DNA of 64,000 nucleotides from Anolis carolinensis (Eukaryota). The position numbers and the translations under genes were made by a program. Shown here one piece after another: positions 37,693-51,123 of the stretch (position 1 is its first letter; each line of letters begins with the position of its first letter). The DNA lies in NCBI RefSeq assembly GCF_035594765.1, contig NC_085841.1, positions 61,177,636 to 61,241,635 on the forward strand. The letters run 5' to 3'. Under the pieces are notes generated by a model that was not told where the DNA came from, ran no database searches, and was given only the letters and a program-made list of their open reading frames with translations.

Positions 37693-37751
37693 ATTGCATG
37701 ATCATATATCTGCTTATTTGCTGGTTTCCCACTCTCACGTGATAACATTCT

Positions 37752-37994
37752 AGGACATGGAGCAGTGGATTCAAACTGCAGGAAACGAGATTCCACCTAA
37801 ACGTTAGGAAGAACTTCCGGACAGTAAGAGCTGTTTGACCATGGAATATGCTGCCTCGGAGTGTGGTGGAGTCCCCTTTAAAGCTTTTTAACAGAGGGTA
37901 GATGGCCAGCTGTTGGGAGAGCATTGATGGTATATCCCTGCACATTAGGAGGTTGGGCTAAATGACCTTGGTTTCTTCCAGCTCTATGATTCTA
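37752..37994 (+). mobile_element. CR1 LINE 3' end
   Basis: ggattcaaactgcaggaaacgagattccacctaaacgttaggaagaacttcc...ctctatgattcta. Confidence 0.85.
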
Positions 37995-38637
37995 GGAAGG
38001 CAAGGATCAAGCTCTGCACCTGTTGGGTAAGGTGCTCAGTAAGGGAAAATGCATAGGACAGCACTGCAAATTGGCAATAGATTTAAAATGGTATGCCTAT
38101 GTGAAGAAGGCCTTGATTTGTCCCTTGATGTGAATCAAGCATTATCCTGTGATAGTCACATGGACCATCCAAAGAAGAACACCCATAGCTTCTTCCTAGC
38201 AATTCCAATTACTGGGTTGAACCTATGCACAGTGCTATTTCCTTTCCTAGCAATGTGGAAGAGCAACCGGTTATTTACATACAGCTTACAATTATTTGTT
38301 CTAACTAAGACACTTATAACTTGCTCTTCTTAAAAAGGCCAACTGAGAATAATCAATACGGTGACATGTTCATTGTTCATACCTCCACAAAAGGCAATAA
38401 AACCAATAAACCATTATTATTTTTTTAAGTGGCAATGAATACAGTAGAACAGGTTGACAATCCAATTAAATGACTGGGCAAATAGAACAGTTGGCAGGTC
38501 TGCAAGTCATTGCCAAGTACAGGTCTCTGGGGTGAAGCTTTTTCATCAGAAATCACCTGTCAGAATTCCTTGGTTTATGGATGCAATATATGAATATGGC
38601 AAACACAGAACAAACTCCACATTGAGAGGACAAACTC

Positions 38638-38661
38638 CACACACACACACACACACACACA
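38638..38661. repeat. (CA)n microsatellite
   Basis: Direct reading. Confidence 0.9.
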
Positions 38662-41404
38662 CCCATAGCTACATTCCAGGATCCATCAATACAACATTGT
38701 AGGAGAAAAATAACAGCAGTAAAACAAAAGACAACTCTTTAGTCCTTTTATGATACTCACTCACCTGTCAGGGACAGTCTTCCCATTCAAAAATGAACAG
38801 AAAATTTAATTCAGTAGCTTTTTTATTATTGTTTTAGAACTGTATTTTCTTGATATGTATAAAATATCAATAATATTTAATAATGAACAGAGGGAAACAA
38901 AACAATCCTGTGCTCAGAAAAAAAAAATCCCACTATCTTCAGTGGATCTGACCCGTATGTACATGTGTGAGACTGAAGCTATGGCTCTTAACAAGAATAA
39001 ATGATTTTAATTCAAAGCAAAATGCATTGTTCTATTACTTTCATTTGCAGAAAAAAGGGACAGTTCTCTTTCCAGAGATAAGTTCCTTAAGAACAGCCTA
39101 AAACAGTTTTATGTTTTGCCTGTTTGATACAGAACAAATCACATACTGAATTGTCTTACTCTTGGCCAAAACACTTCTCAGCAACCTTTTTACACATTCT
39201 AAGGTTCAAAATATTGAATTATAATTTTAGATGAAATGGATATCTGTCTATAACTTCTTGCATCTATAAGCTGTCTGTACAGGCAGAAAAAATAATCACT
39301 CGCACCTTGTTTCCATAGCTGTAGGAACATATGATGTATGACTGGTTTCACAGAGGAAGTGCTTCTTTTAGACAATAAGATTCTTTAAAATTTGCTTTTT
39401 ACTCTGCAGTTTTGGGAAACACTGGGCTTTTTACATGTGTGTCAGGATTGGGATGGAATCAGAAAGAGGTGGGCTAAACTGAAGGTACAGCAGATTCGTG
39501 GGTGGTTACTTAATCCAGTAAGTTTGGTGTGTGTTGCCACTTTTGTAATGGTTAGGGCTTCTGAAATGGGATGGGTACGAGGAGTGTATGAATGGATGGG
39601 AGGTGGTCAGATCATGGCAGGAAGGGTCCTAAAAGGATTTAAAGTTATGTCAACATGTTTTTATTTGTATGAGTGAGCAGTCACTCAATTACTTGCTAAC
39701 TTGGGTGGATATCGACATGCATACAAACACTGAAATTTAAAACATGGACACAAGGTCACCTTGGTGCTTTTTCTGCCATTAACTTTGCCCACCTTCCAAT
39801 TCCCCAAGGTTAGAAATTCTCTGCTTACCAGGAAATGTGTTACATTTTATTAAAATTTTAGTATAGTATTTTATAGTCAAGTGGTCAAAGGTTTCAGACT
39901 GAATTAGGTGGCCAACCATGAGATCAACAATAAAGGGGTAGCTCAATCTATCCCCTCACCATTGGTCTCTCGGTTGAGCTCAGTTGGAGAGGGAATGATG
40001 GCTTAAGAAGGAGAACAAGGTATTTTGTTTTTCTTCTTTTCTTGTGTGTGTATATGACATTTGAAGTTCTTGCTCATACTCATGATCACTAACTCCGGTA
40101 GAAAGGGGAAGAGGGGACTGGATGAAGGAGATATCCAATGAGAGTGCAAGGTGAGTGGTAAGACTAAAGGCTGTCTGTTGATAGGCTTGTGTATGCTGGG
40201 AAGAAGAAAAAGGTGCAGCCCTTTTGTAACCATTTGAATTTGAGCATGGGAAATGTGTGGCTATCAATACAATCAGAGTCCGGTTTATTTAGGGTAGGTG
40301 TGGCACTAACTGGGTGAATCCAGGGAAGAATATTGTGAATTGCAAATGAATTATTTTGCTGGTGTAGATAACTCCTGAGATATGGAAATACAGGAGGTGA
40401 AACTTTTCCTGGTACAGAATTAGACAGGAGAAGCTTTGCCTCTTTAATTTATGTCAGTCAGGCTGCTGTTAAAGACATGGGAACTAGGCCAGCAAAAATT
40501 GTGCCAGCCTTAGCAATGATAGCTCAGTAGTGAAGCATTTTTTTTTTCGTCTGAAAGGTCCTACATTTTATCAGCAGTTTATCTGGGAAGGAAAACATCT
40601 AATGAAACTCCAGAGATAGGTGTTGTAGACCACAGTAAGGATGTTCCAGTTGTCAAGAGCCAATTTTCTGCCCATGGGACCCACTGTAATCTTCACCTCC
40701 CTTGTCCAAAAAAAGAAACCCAAAAAAACAACAACCTAAAAATACCCTGAAGTCTATTACAAATTTAATAAAACCTCTAGGTGTTGTTGTTGCAGGGTAA
40801 CAATATCAATTTAGTGGGAAGAGTGTCTTGTTTTATGAGAAGAGAACTGCTGCTCCTGGAAATATTCTTGGCAATTGGTCCCATTCCTGAACTTGTATGA
40901 AGTGTAAAATAAACAGGGGGAGGGGGGTTGCAATGTGCTCAGTGTACGCAGGAGCAGTGTAGTGTTTCCAAGAGCAGTGTTCCTGGCAGTAGGAATTAAC
41001 CCCTTTCATCCAGTTTTTGGGATGTGTGGGTAAGTGGGCAAGGATTCTGGGAAGCAGCTAGAGATTGCAACAACACATGGGGTGAGACATGTATTGCATA
41101 CCCCTCTTGTAGACAGTGCTGAGTTAGGCATATCTATATCAATGACTCAGGTTCTGATATTTTGTGAGAAGGATCACTTCTGTCCTGGATGTACAAGGAG
41201 TTAGCTTCAGTGCCTCTTGGTACTGTTGGATTGCAACTCCCTTCATCCTATACCTATACTATTCAAGACTGTTGGGAGTTGTACTTAAACAACAACTGGA
41301 GTGTCACACAATTCCCAGTACTTGTGTGCATGGTGCTAATGCAAATAGCCACTCTGTTCCGCTTTGTTCAGATATCTCCTGGGAATATTGCACATGTTCT
41401 AGAC

Positions 41405-41860
41405 ACTACATTTTAAACTGGAATAACATCCAGAAGATAGGAAATGGTTTGGAACTAAGTACAACAAGAGACAGTTTGGGTGGCTGGATATGTTTAGCTT
41501 TGGAGGCATCATGGCTGGGAGGTGATATCATAGCTATCTTTAATATTTGAAGAAATGTCATGTAAAAATGGAGAGAGCTTGTTTTCTGCTGCTCCAGAGA
41601 TTAGAACATAAATTAATGGATTCAAATGACAAAAAAGAAGAGATTCTACATAAACATTGGGGAAAACCTGTTTACAGTAAGAGCTGTTCAACAATAGAAC
41701 AGACTACTTTGGAGGGTGGTAGGCTCATTCTTTAAATATCTTTAAACAGAAACTGGGTGGTAAACTTTCAGAAATGTTTTGATTGTCTATTTCTGCATGG
41801 TAAAGAGGTGAGACTAGGCAGCCCTTGTAGCCCCCCCCCCCTTCTAATGCTGTGCTTCTG
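41405..41860 (+). mobile_element. Older CR1 LINE 3' fragment
   Basis: tgtttagctt...ggtgatatcatagctatctttaa...aatggattcaaa...agattctacataaacatt, the CR1 ORF2 end and UTR. Confidence 0.8.
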
Positions 41861-42876
41861 TCAAACGGACACAGATGTGTGAAAGACGCAAGCATTAATC
41901 CACCTCCCTTTTTGCTCTGATCATTTCAAATAAATATTGCTGAAGAGTTAAGGGGGTTTCTTTGGGCATCTTGTTAAAATTCCATCACCAAAGGAATGGA
42001 GGGAAGCTTGAGGTGAATTTTTTTTTGGCCTCTACTGGAGTCAAACAACTTTCTTCTCATTCCAGCTAATCATCCCTGCCAGACATGACTGATCCCTAGA
42101 GCTCATGAAAATACTTTTGAAGAGTAAAATCTTTGCCTTGGGAATTAATCAGACTGTACAGTGAGTGTCAGGTATTTTCAAAACAAATTTCCTTAGGGGC
42201 ACATGGTAAATTAGGCTGTGAGAGACCGTATTCGGTTTCCTTTCCTTCTGTTTTTCTTGTTCCTCACCCGCCCCCTTCCTCCCCACTTCTCTTGGAAATA
42301 CCACGCAGGCTATCAAAGCCAAAGGCATGTGAATACTCACACAAACACACATGTAGAAGGCCAAAGGAATTCATCTTCTTGCACTCCACTTTGAGAGAGG
42401 GGAATGTTCTCAGAAGGGGATAATAAGACTTGTCAGGGGTTGTTTTTTTAGGTGTCGGGTGTCATGCAAAAATTATGTGTTGAGCCTACAAACCACAAGG
42501 TTGTTCATAAGGAGGTGGTTTCATGAACCCCACTGTTTTCCTCAGGAAAAAAATCAAGAGGAATGTAGCTGCACTACACTCACCACAGTCCTGCAGTTAC
42601 CATCAGAAGGAAGGGAGGCCCTAAATGAAATACAAAGCAGACCATAGCTGTGCTGGCCAAGAGATTCTAGCAGCTGTAGTCTCCCAAAATAACTTTTCCA
42701 AGCATTGGGCTCCCCTGACCTCAGTCATAGCCTCTATGCCCTTCTCAAAATATCCACTGAAAGAGATGGTACAAAAAGTAATAGACTCTCTGCAACAAAG
42801 TAAACAAATTTTTTGCCAACATAGTGGAAATTTTGTTACTTGACCTTTTTTCTCAGTCCCTGCAATAGCCCATATA

Positions 42877-43199
42877 CAGTAGAGTCTCACTTATCCAACA
42901 TAAACGGGCCGGCAGAATGTTGGATAAGCGAATATGTTGGATAATAAGGAGGCATTAAGGAAAAGCCTATTAAACATCAAATTAGGTTATGATCTTACAA
43001 ATTAAGCACCAAAACATCATGTTATACAACAAATTAGACACAAAAAGTAGTTCAATACACAGTAATGCTGTGCACTAATTACTGTATTTACGAATTTAGC
43101 ACCAAAATATCATGATTTATTGAAAACATTGACTACAAAAATGCGTTGGATAATCCAGAACGTTGGATAAGCGAGTGTTGGATGAGTGAGACTCTACTG
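42877..43199. mobile_element. 323-bp Tigger/pogo-like MITE
   Basis: TIR cagtagagtctcact; TA TSD; reverse orientation relative to the 58548 copy. Confidence 0.9.
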
Positions 43200-43730
43200 T
43201 AGTTAGTTCTCTACCTGCAGCAGCCATCTCTCAAGACCAATTTAGACCTAATAAAGGTATCACTGCAGTGTGTATTTTGGATCTAATGTATCCTCTCTGC
43301 CCTTGTAATCGGAGCACTGCCTCATTTCCCTCAAGGGTGTTGATTTTACACTTCACTCAAGCTCATGTATGAGACCATGTGCCAAGAATGTTTGGGTGAC
43401 AGCTGAAAATGTCCTTCTGATCCACAAGTAGATGGTAGGTGGATGGGAAAAATCCCAGCCTTTGTGAATGGTTTACTGTGATGTGTGTGTGTAAGACTGA
43501 TTCTTCCAGCAACCACCAAGAGAATGTCTTCTGAAGAACATGTGGCCTAGATACCAAAACTGCCCAGCCAAAGGAATGCTATGCCCTCCAACTATCCTGA
43601 TTTGGCAGCATGAGTCTTGGTTAATCCTCTGTTGTTCCACTTTTCAGCACTTTTAGAATCTTCCAGTTTTCTCTCCTTTTCCCTTTGTCCTTACTATATT
43701 TCAGTTGCTGCAAACTTAAGGTGCAATCAA

Positions 43731-43941
43731 GGATGCATCTACACTGCAGAAGTAAAACAGTTTGACCTCACTAACTGTTATGACTCAATGGATTAATAAG
43801 ATTTGTAATTTGGTGAGGCACCAGAACTATTTGACATAGAAAGCTAAAGATTGTGTAAAACCACTGCCATGTTTCCATAGCATTAAACCATGGTAGTTAA
43901 ACTAGTGTCAAACTGTATTAATTCTACATTTAGATGTACCC
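43731..43941. mobile_element. Harbinger-like MITE
   Basis: ggatgcatctacactg...tagatgtaccc. Confidence 0.7.
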
Positions 43942-44167
43942 TGAACTTGTATTAACTCAGTGAAGGCGGAAGAGAGAGGAAAGGGACCGAGCCTTGCTCT
44001 TCCCTGGCAAAAGAAAATTGTTGCAGCCTCTCCTTAATAATTCTTGATTTTCTTTGGTCATATATATCTCAATTTATATTTGTAAAATGTCAAAAAGTAT
44101 GAAATCAAGTGAACATTAGACAGACAACACCCTTCAATTTACTTTCCTACAGGTCCTAGTAGCATTC

Positions 44168-44330
44168 TCCGAGCCACTCCGAGCCTTGGGGGAGTGTTTT
44201 AAAGATTTTTTTTTTTTAAAAAGATATTTTAAAGATGTTTTAAATTATTAGATTTTAGCCTTTCTTGTAAGCCGCCCCGAGCCGTAGGGGAGTGACGGCA
44301 TATAAGTTTAAATAATAAATAAATAAATAA
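44168..44330 (+). mobile_element. L2-type 3' tail with a duplicated terminal motif
   Basis: gagccactccgagccttgggggagtg and taagccgccccgagccgtaggggagtg, then (taaa)n; attctc on both sides. Confidence 0.65.
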
Positions 44331-46551
44331 ATTCTCTGTCTCTTTTCCTAATATTGTCTATGCTGTGCATGCTGTGCATGCTTGGCCTGAAGTCACCAGA
44401 AATGTGCTGGATAATGCCAGCATAGCAACTACACAGCAAATAATTGTTGAGAAATTAATGTGGGAACATTTAGATTTATTCATGTAAACTCTCTGAAGTT
44501 TAAATCTTTTTAATGGCAAGTGATGAGGACCAAGTATGATATATTAGTTAAACGTATGGCTGACTGAGAAAGTGTAGGGGTGGATGATGTACTAAGGTCC
44601 CTCTGAACTGTGTGTTGGTTACTCCTGCTCCAAGACATGAAATAAAGGATTTCTAGTAGATGCATTTTTGCCTCTTTGAAGGTTTCTGTAATTCTCAATA
44701 TAGAAACATTGTGTACATACACTGGTTTTGATATCTATAGGAGGCATCCCTGGAGGGGAACCTTTTAAGAAGTTTTTCAAGATAGGCTCTTGGATATGTT
44801 CACAATGATAGTGTAAGCAATGCATTGAGTTCCCATCCAAAACCACTGTGGTGGTGATGTGTTTTATATCTCGGGCCATTAACAGCCATCTCTAGATGCA
44901 CCTGATGATTAATAGTGTGTAGTCTGGGGATGGGTACGAGGAGTGGGAGGAAGGCAGAGCAATTGTTTCCACTCACTGTCACATGTGGCCCTTCTCTGAG
45001 GCACAAGACGGAGCCTCAAAGCAGCATTTTCACAAGGGAAACAGCTAGTTTAGGCAAGCTTTAAACCAGGGTGTTTCCAGACAGAGGGTTGTTTGATTCT
45101 GCAGATGTCAGGCATGCTGAATCAGCATCCTTTGGCTAGTCGCATGATGCTTGGGAGAATACCCATGCTGCAAACTGAACACTATGAGCACAATGGGCTA
45201 CCGCATCAATAGCAATGCAGCCTTTATCAATGATTCCAGTATTTACATTCTGAACATGTTAGTGTCTCTTCTAATGAGCAAGGTCACAGTGAGATGCTCC
45301 CATTTTCAAGCTTAGCTCTGAGACAGAGAAGTTATGCCCTGGCTACTGCTTAGGATGTGGAACTTGGAACTATCCAGTTTTTAAAACTACAGATCCCAAA
45401 ATTACCCAGACAATATAACACTCTGCTGGATGGGAGCCACAAAAAAGTAACTTCTGACCGCTCTGATAGGATGTGTGTATACTTAAATCTTAATATTTTA
45501 TATGCCTTTCCTGCATTAATGTTAGTATCAGTTTCTGCCTCAATAATTTTTATAGCACCCTAAAGACTAATACTGTAAATTTATCGTTATGGCATAAACT
45601 GTTGCAGACTGTCATGGACTATCCGTAATATATGCTGTAATCCCATTCACACATAAGTGCGAGCTGCCTCAACTGCATTCAGTTAAACTGATTTCTGGAT
45701 ACACATGTTTGGGACTGCACTGGAAATGCATCAATGCATTTACTCTGCTATTTTAACAATAGGAGCTGTGATGTGCATGAGTATGTGGCGGAGGGGTCCG
45801 GTCTGTGACTAACAACTCTTTGTCCATCAAACATCTCATCAAAACACATGTCCAAAAGCTTCTAAGTGCTCCAAGAAGCCTCCTTCTAATGTCAGTAGCA
45901 GCTTTTGGGAACCATATTGACAGAACAATGGGAAAAGAGGAAACCTTGGCTGAAACAAACAAGCAAACCTCTTAAGAATGATTCTAGATCAGACCAAAGA
46001 CTTGTCTCAGGGATGGGCAAAGTTTGGTCCACTGGCCATATGGAGGCCCCTTGTCTCTTTTTTACAGCCTTTATGTCCTGAAAAAATATATTATTTTTAC
46101 TGGTGCTGGAAGCTTTCTGTTAGTGATGATTTTGGATTCAAAGAGGCCCTCCGCATGTATAAAAAACTGGAAATAGATTTCATATCAATTCTGGTATTAT
46201 TTCTGCCCAGTTTTCTGGGCATAGTGCAATTTATGGTTGATCCTGACACTGACAAATTGGCCCCTGGACACTCTGGAGTTTTCTATGTTTGACTTATCTG
46301 GGTAAGCATTCTGTTCCCTCAATGACCAATTCAACACACACACACAGTGAATCCACACTGAGAATTTCAGTGCAGTTACGTACTCCTGCATCCATATTTT
46401 AAGCAACTGGTGCTGGATTTGCACACTACAGCCTTTGATAATGAAATAATGCGTAAGTGCCATGAGTACTGGTCATTCACAACCTTATTTCTCACAAATA
46501 TATCAACCCCCTTTCTAACCCACCCAAGAGGCCATCAGTAGGGAGGGGATT

Positions 46552-46891
46552 ATACTGTAGAATGAATGCAGTTTGAGACCACTTCAACTGCTATGGCTCA
46601 ATGCAGAGAAGTTATAGCTTTGCAAGGTCTTTAGCCTTCACTGCCAAAGAATGCAGATGCCTTATTAAACTACAAATTCCAAGGCTCCTTATGACTGAAC
46701 CATGGCAGTTAAAGTGGGATCAAACTGCATTACCTCTAAAGCAGTGGTTCTCAACCTGTGGGTCCCCAGATGTTTTGGCCTTCAACTCCCAGAAATCCTA
46801 ACAACTGGTAAACTGGCTGGGATTTCTGGGAGTTGTAGACCAAAATACCTGGGGACCCACAGGTTGAGAACCACTGCTCTACAGTGTAGAG
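46552..46891. mobile_element. Harbinger-like MITE with nested hAT MITE
   Basis: Family sequence resumes after the insertion as ctctacagtgtaga. Confidence 0.7.
46742..46876. mobile_element. 135-bp hAT MITE
   Basis: Perfect TIRs; TSD ctctaaag/ctctacag. Confidence 0.9.
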
Positions 46892-49334
46892 CCAGTCTAT
46901 GTCTTATATTAGCCTGTCCTACAGTTTGTATTGTGTGAGGAAGTATGTTTTATTTTCCCATTTTAAACCATGTCAGTTCTGGGTCTGATAATTTTCCTCA
47001 GGACCCACAGAAGTTACACTAAACTGAGATTTGAAACAGGATCTTTCCAGAGCATTCTCTTGATTAGTAATGTAGATTGGTTTCTCCTTTGGATGACTGT
47101 TTAATGTATTCCTTAATTGGGCCAAGTTGAGCTGTTGGCAAGCCAAGGTTTTGTTACACATCAGTGTATGAGAGCTGAATTGCATTTAACAACCTCTTCT
47201 GCACTGAGAGTTGTGGGTGTAAGAAGACATACCCTACCGGGAGTGCCCAATTAATGCTCTCAGTTGGCAGTGTTGACCTTTCTGCTAGCATGCTATGTCC
47301 ACCCAACGTCCCATTGAGTCAGCTTTTGGCACAATACCCAAGTTACTCTAATTTTGGAGGTAAAATGTTTCAGGACCTTTACCTGACATGATAGGGAGAG
47401 GTTGCTGACAGAGGAAGCCAAGACACTCCCCAATTTGGTTTGTTTGTGTCTGAGAAAAAAACACTTAGTTTAGATGCGATCAATCACAACGAGAAAGGGC
47501 AAGTGTTTTTAGTGTATTTGGAAGAGCCCACAAAGTCTGAAAAGTTGTTACTTCCTCCATACCTGTAGTTTCTACGGGTAACTATAGTTTCCCATAATCT
47601 GATTGCATTGTTTGCAAGGAATGAAATGCAAAGCAGTGTTTACATATAATACTATATAATTATAGGGACATGTTAAGTCTTCCATTAAGGGGTACAGAGC
47701 TACTACACCTTTTTTCATAACTACAGTCAGACATTCAGCCAGTAATGCTTTTCTTGGTTACTGTAACAACTGGAGTTGATGTTGTTGAATATACAACTGC
47801 TGTTAGAGATACAAGAACTCTTCCAAGTAGGAGAGAGAGAAATCCTAAAGTTACAGGAGAGTTTATTTCATGAACTACTAATAAGTTTCCATGGACTACT
47901 AGACAGAGTAGACCAAGGAATCTGGGTTATGGAGACCAATAGTATGTAAGGTGCAATTAAATGAATGTGTTGGCATTTTTAGAAAATGTACTTGGGTGGC
48001 TTGACTAATATTACTACTTATTCTGCAACTGACATCATAGTCTTTTCCAAATTGCTTCTCTCCGAGGCATGTTGTAATATTGGGATGACACCAACAAGGT
48101 GGAGTGCTATGAATAAGAAACATTGCATGATAATACCTGAGTCATACTAATTGAAGCGTTCTCTGTGTGAGAGACTAAAACACCATGCACCCTGGAGGCC
48201 GCTGAGACTGATACCTATCTTCTCTTTAATATTTTTAGAGCACACCCCTTCCTGAAGTCAACTACATGCCTGCTCAGAAGACTTGTTCTGAGATTTCATG
48301 TTTTTTGCTGATCCATGCTCTAACTATGTCAGCTTTACACATTGAATTTGTATGAGTTTCAATCAGTTTTTTTTTTTGCTCTGGTATAAATAGTAAGCAT
48401 ACCAGTAGGATAATAAATCACTGCTGCTTAGAAGTCAGGAACATAAGGGATATAATTTCTGCATTTTACATACAGGATAACTCTGCATGTGGGGTAGCCA
48501 AATAGGACACATTTATTAGTTATGAAGAAGAAGACATCTCAGAAGGTGTAGCTTAATTACAAGCTGCATTCATTGAAATTTCCATCTTGCATGCAGCTAT
48601 TAAGGCAAAGCAGCCTTGCCCTCTTTTGCATCTGCTCAAGCTAACTTCACAAGAAAAGAATAGGCTTGCACGAGGTCATTGGGTAACTTGGGCCACTCAA
48701 CATGTGGTTTGTGGTTGCCCATGTCACCTCCAATGGAATGTTAATCTTGTGTCTTAATTTGCTACCTGTCAGGACTTGTTTGTAATGAAATGACTGTGCA
48801 ACACAATCAGGTAATGTGGGAAAATCCAGTACTCACCGGGCCTCACTTTTTATGTTTGCAGAGGTGTGACTCTGGGAAATAATACTTGTGGACATGTCAG
48901 GACGGTTCTTCCAGGGCATTTACATGGTCATTTAGGCAATAGGCCACCTTGAAGTGGCATTGGTTGGGGTATCTTCAGAAATGGAAAATGCTTTTAAGGT
49001 GCCCCAATGTTCAAAAAGATGAAAGGAAATTCTGGCTCTGTGGATTATGTGCTCAACCTTTCATAACATAAGGCCCATTAATCATTCTGTAAAAACAAAA
49101 TCGGGTCATGATCCTTTTCATTTTTGGCAGATGGGCACTCTGCTAACAATGTTATGCCAACTTGCCCAGCATCTACCTCAACCCAGAGATCAGTTTCATC
49201 AAGAGATACCTGACTTTGTTCAGTCCTCAGAGAGGAGGTGCTTTGGTAGGCCTTTTCAACAAGTGATATCCTAAGTCACACTTCCCATAGTGCTTTAGGT
49301 CCAATGAGTTAACAGCAATTTAACAATAAAATAA

Positions 49335-49430
49335 CTAAATAACTTAATTAATAAATAAAGATGATTTTATTTTTGTACTCCACCTCCATCTCCCCAAAGG
49401 GACTCGGGGCGGCTAACATGGGGCCAAGCA
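49335..49430 (-). mobile_element. L2-type 3' tail fragment
   Basis: Minus strand ttagccgccccgagtccctttggggagatggaggtgg...aaaataaaa. Confidence 0.6.
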
Positions 49431-50977
49431 CAGGTAATTACAAATAAAGCAGCTTTCAAACTAGCTTGTTTCGCTCAGGAAGCACATGCTGTGTGGTTGC
49501 CTCTCCATGGGGTGATGGCATACAGGTGCAGTGGGTGTGCACACCCATCAAGGTTTGTCATGCAAGCTCTGCCTTTGCTTTCACAGGAAAAATTTTTGAC
49601 TCTCTCCCTTCATGACCAACAGTGATGACAAGTCACCCATCAGAGATATTTGGATGTTGGCCTTGGATCTCACCATGACACAAATTAAATAAGGATGTTT
49701 ATATGTTCAATCATTATATTAATCACTTACAGTAAGGACATGAAACATTTGGGAGTAAACAGACACATGCATTAATAGCAGGAAACTGTAATACAGCTTG
49801 CTGTTGCTATCGGGGATAAATGATATTGCTACAGTAACTGCAAAACACAGCAAATATAAATTGAATTGGGATTGAGTTACTGGTGTTTTTTTTCTATGAC
49901 GAGAATACATGTTTTCCACCTTGACTATTTCTGTCTCTCGCCAGTGTCACGCTTATGCCAATACATATGCCAGGAAGCCACTGCAATGGATGAAAGAGAC
50001 TCAAGGAACTAGAAACACAACGAGCTCAAAAGAAAGGACAAATACTAGAGATGAATACTAAATACATCCTTTCATCTTTTTACACCATAGACGTCTTACT
50101 CTAGCTGCATAGTGTTAGTCAATGGCATGGATCTTACATTTTGCTTTTCGATGTAGTTATGATTATTATGTGTTTGTGTGTTTGTTTGTGTGTGTATGCA
50201 GCTTTGGGTTCTGAATGGCTCACTGCACTTCTGAGCTGATGAAACATTGCTTCCTTGAAGAGTCTGTCTGGCATTTGGTATCAAAGGTAGAAAGTCTAAT
50301 GGGGGAAAATGCTACATTTTGGCAGACTTCCCTTATTCTTAACGTGCTTCCAAAGCATGCCAGAATGGTTATAGTATGATAAACATCTGGATCAAATTAA
50401 ATAAGAAATGCTCAATATGTCTGTTTCTGCAAGGTTTCAGAGTCTAAAAAGGACAGCTATGTGTTTGCACAGGAATAAAAATAATGTGAATGCAGCATGT
50501 GTAATTCAGAGGAAAGGCAGATAGCTAGTGACTCATTTATATAACTCTCGATAAGCCACTGATTCCCAAATGGTGACTGGAGAGCAACAAATGGAATGTA
50601 GGGCAGAGTCTTGTTCTTTAATTAACAGGCTATTGTAAGCTCTAACAACTGGACCAAGAGGGCAGATGGCAGCTATAGTATTTTGCCATTTGATTAAAGT
50701 TTGACGAGCTGGTAACTACCATAAGTAATACTTATGAACATGGCCATACAGCCCGGAAAATATACAACAACCCTACCATAAGTAAATTTGAGGAATTACT
50801 ATTCTCCACTAGGTGACTGCAAATATTTTTGTTTTTCTTTTAAATTAAATTTGAATGGACAGCATTGCACTCTGTGACCGTTGTCACATGTTTTTGATAC
50901 CACTCCACTGATTTGCTTTGAAAAATTAAAGGGCAGAGATCCTGACTTGTTGCAGTGCAAGCTTTCCTTTGTGTCTA

Positions 50978-51123
50978 AGGTCCCTTCTACACTGTCCTAT
51001 AATCCAGATCAAAGCAAATAATCCACATTATCTCTTTTGAACTGGATTATATGAGTCTACACTGCCATATAATCCAGTTCAAAGCAGATAATCTAGATGT
51101 TCTATGGCACTGTAGATGGGGCC
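50978..51123. mobile_element. Short palindromic Harbinger-like MITE
   Basis: ggtcccttctacactg...ctgtagatggggcc; related copies at about 12157-12227, 55849-55995 and 56336-56473. Confidence 0.7.

Noticed and set aside
50645-50675. CTCF-like motifs (also near 26650-26665)
   Set aside because: Only partial consensus matches; expected by chance in 64 kb
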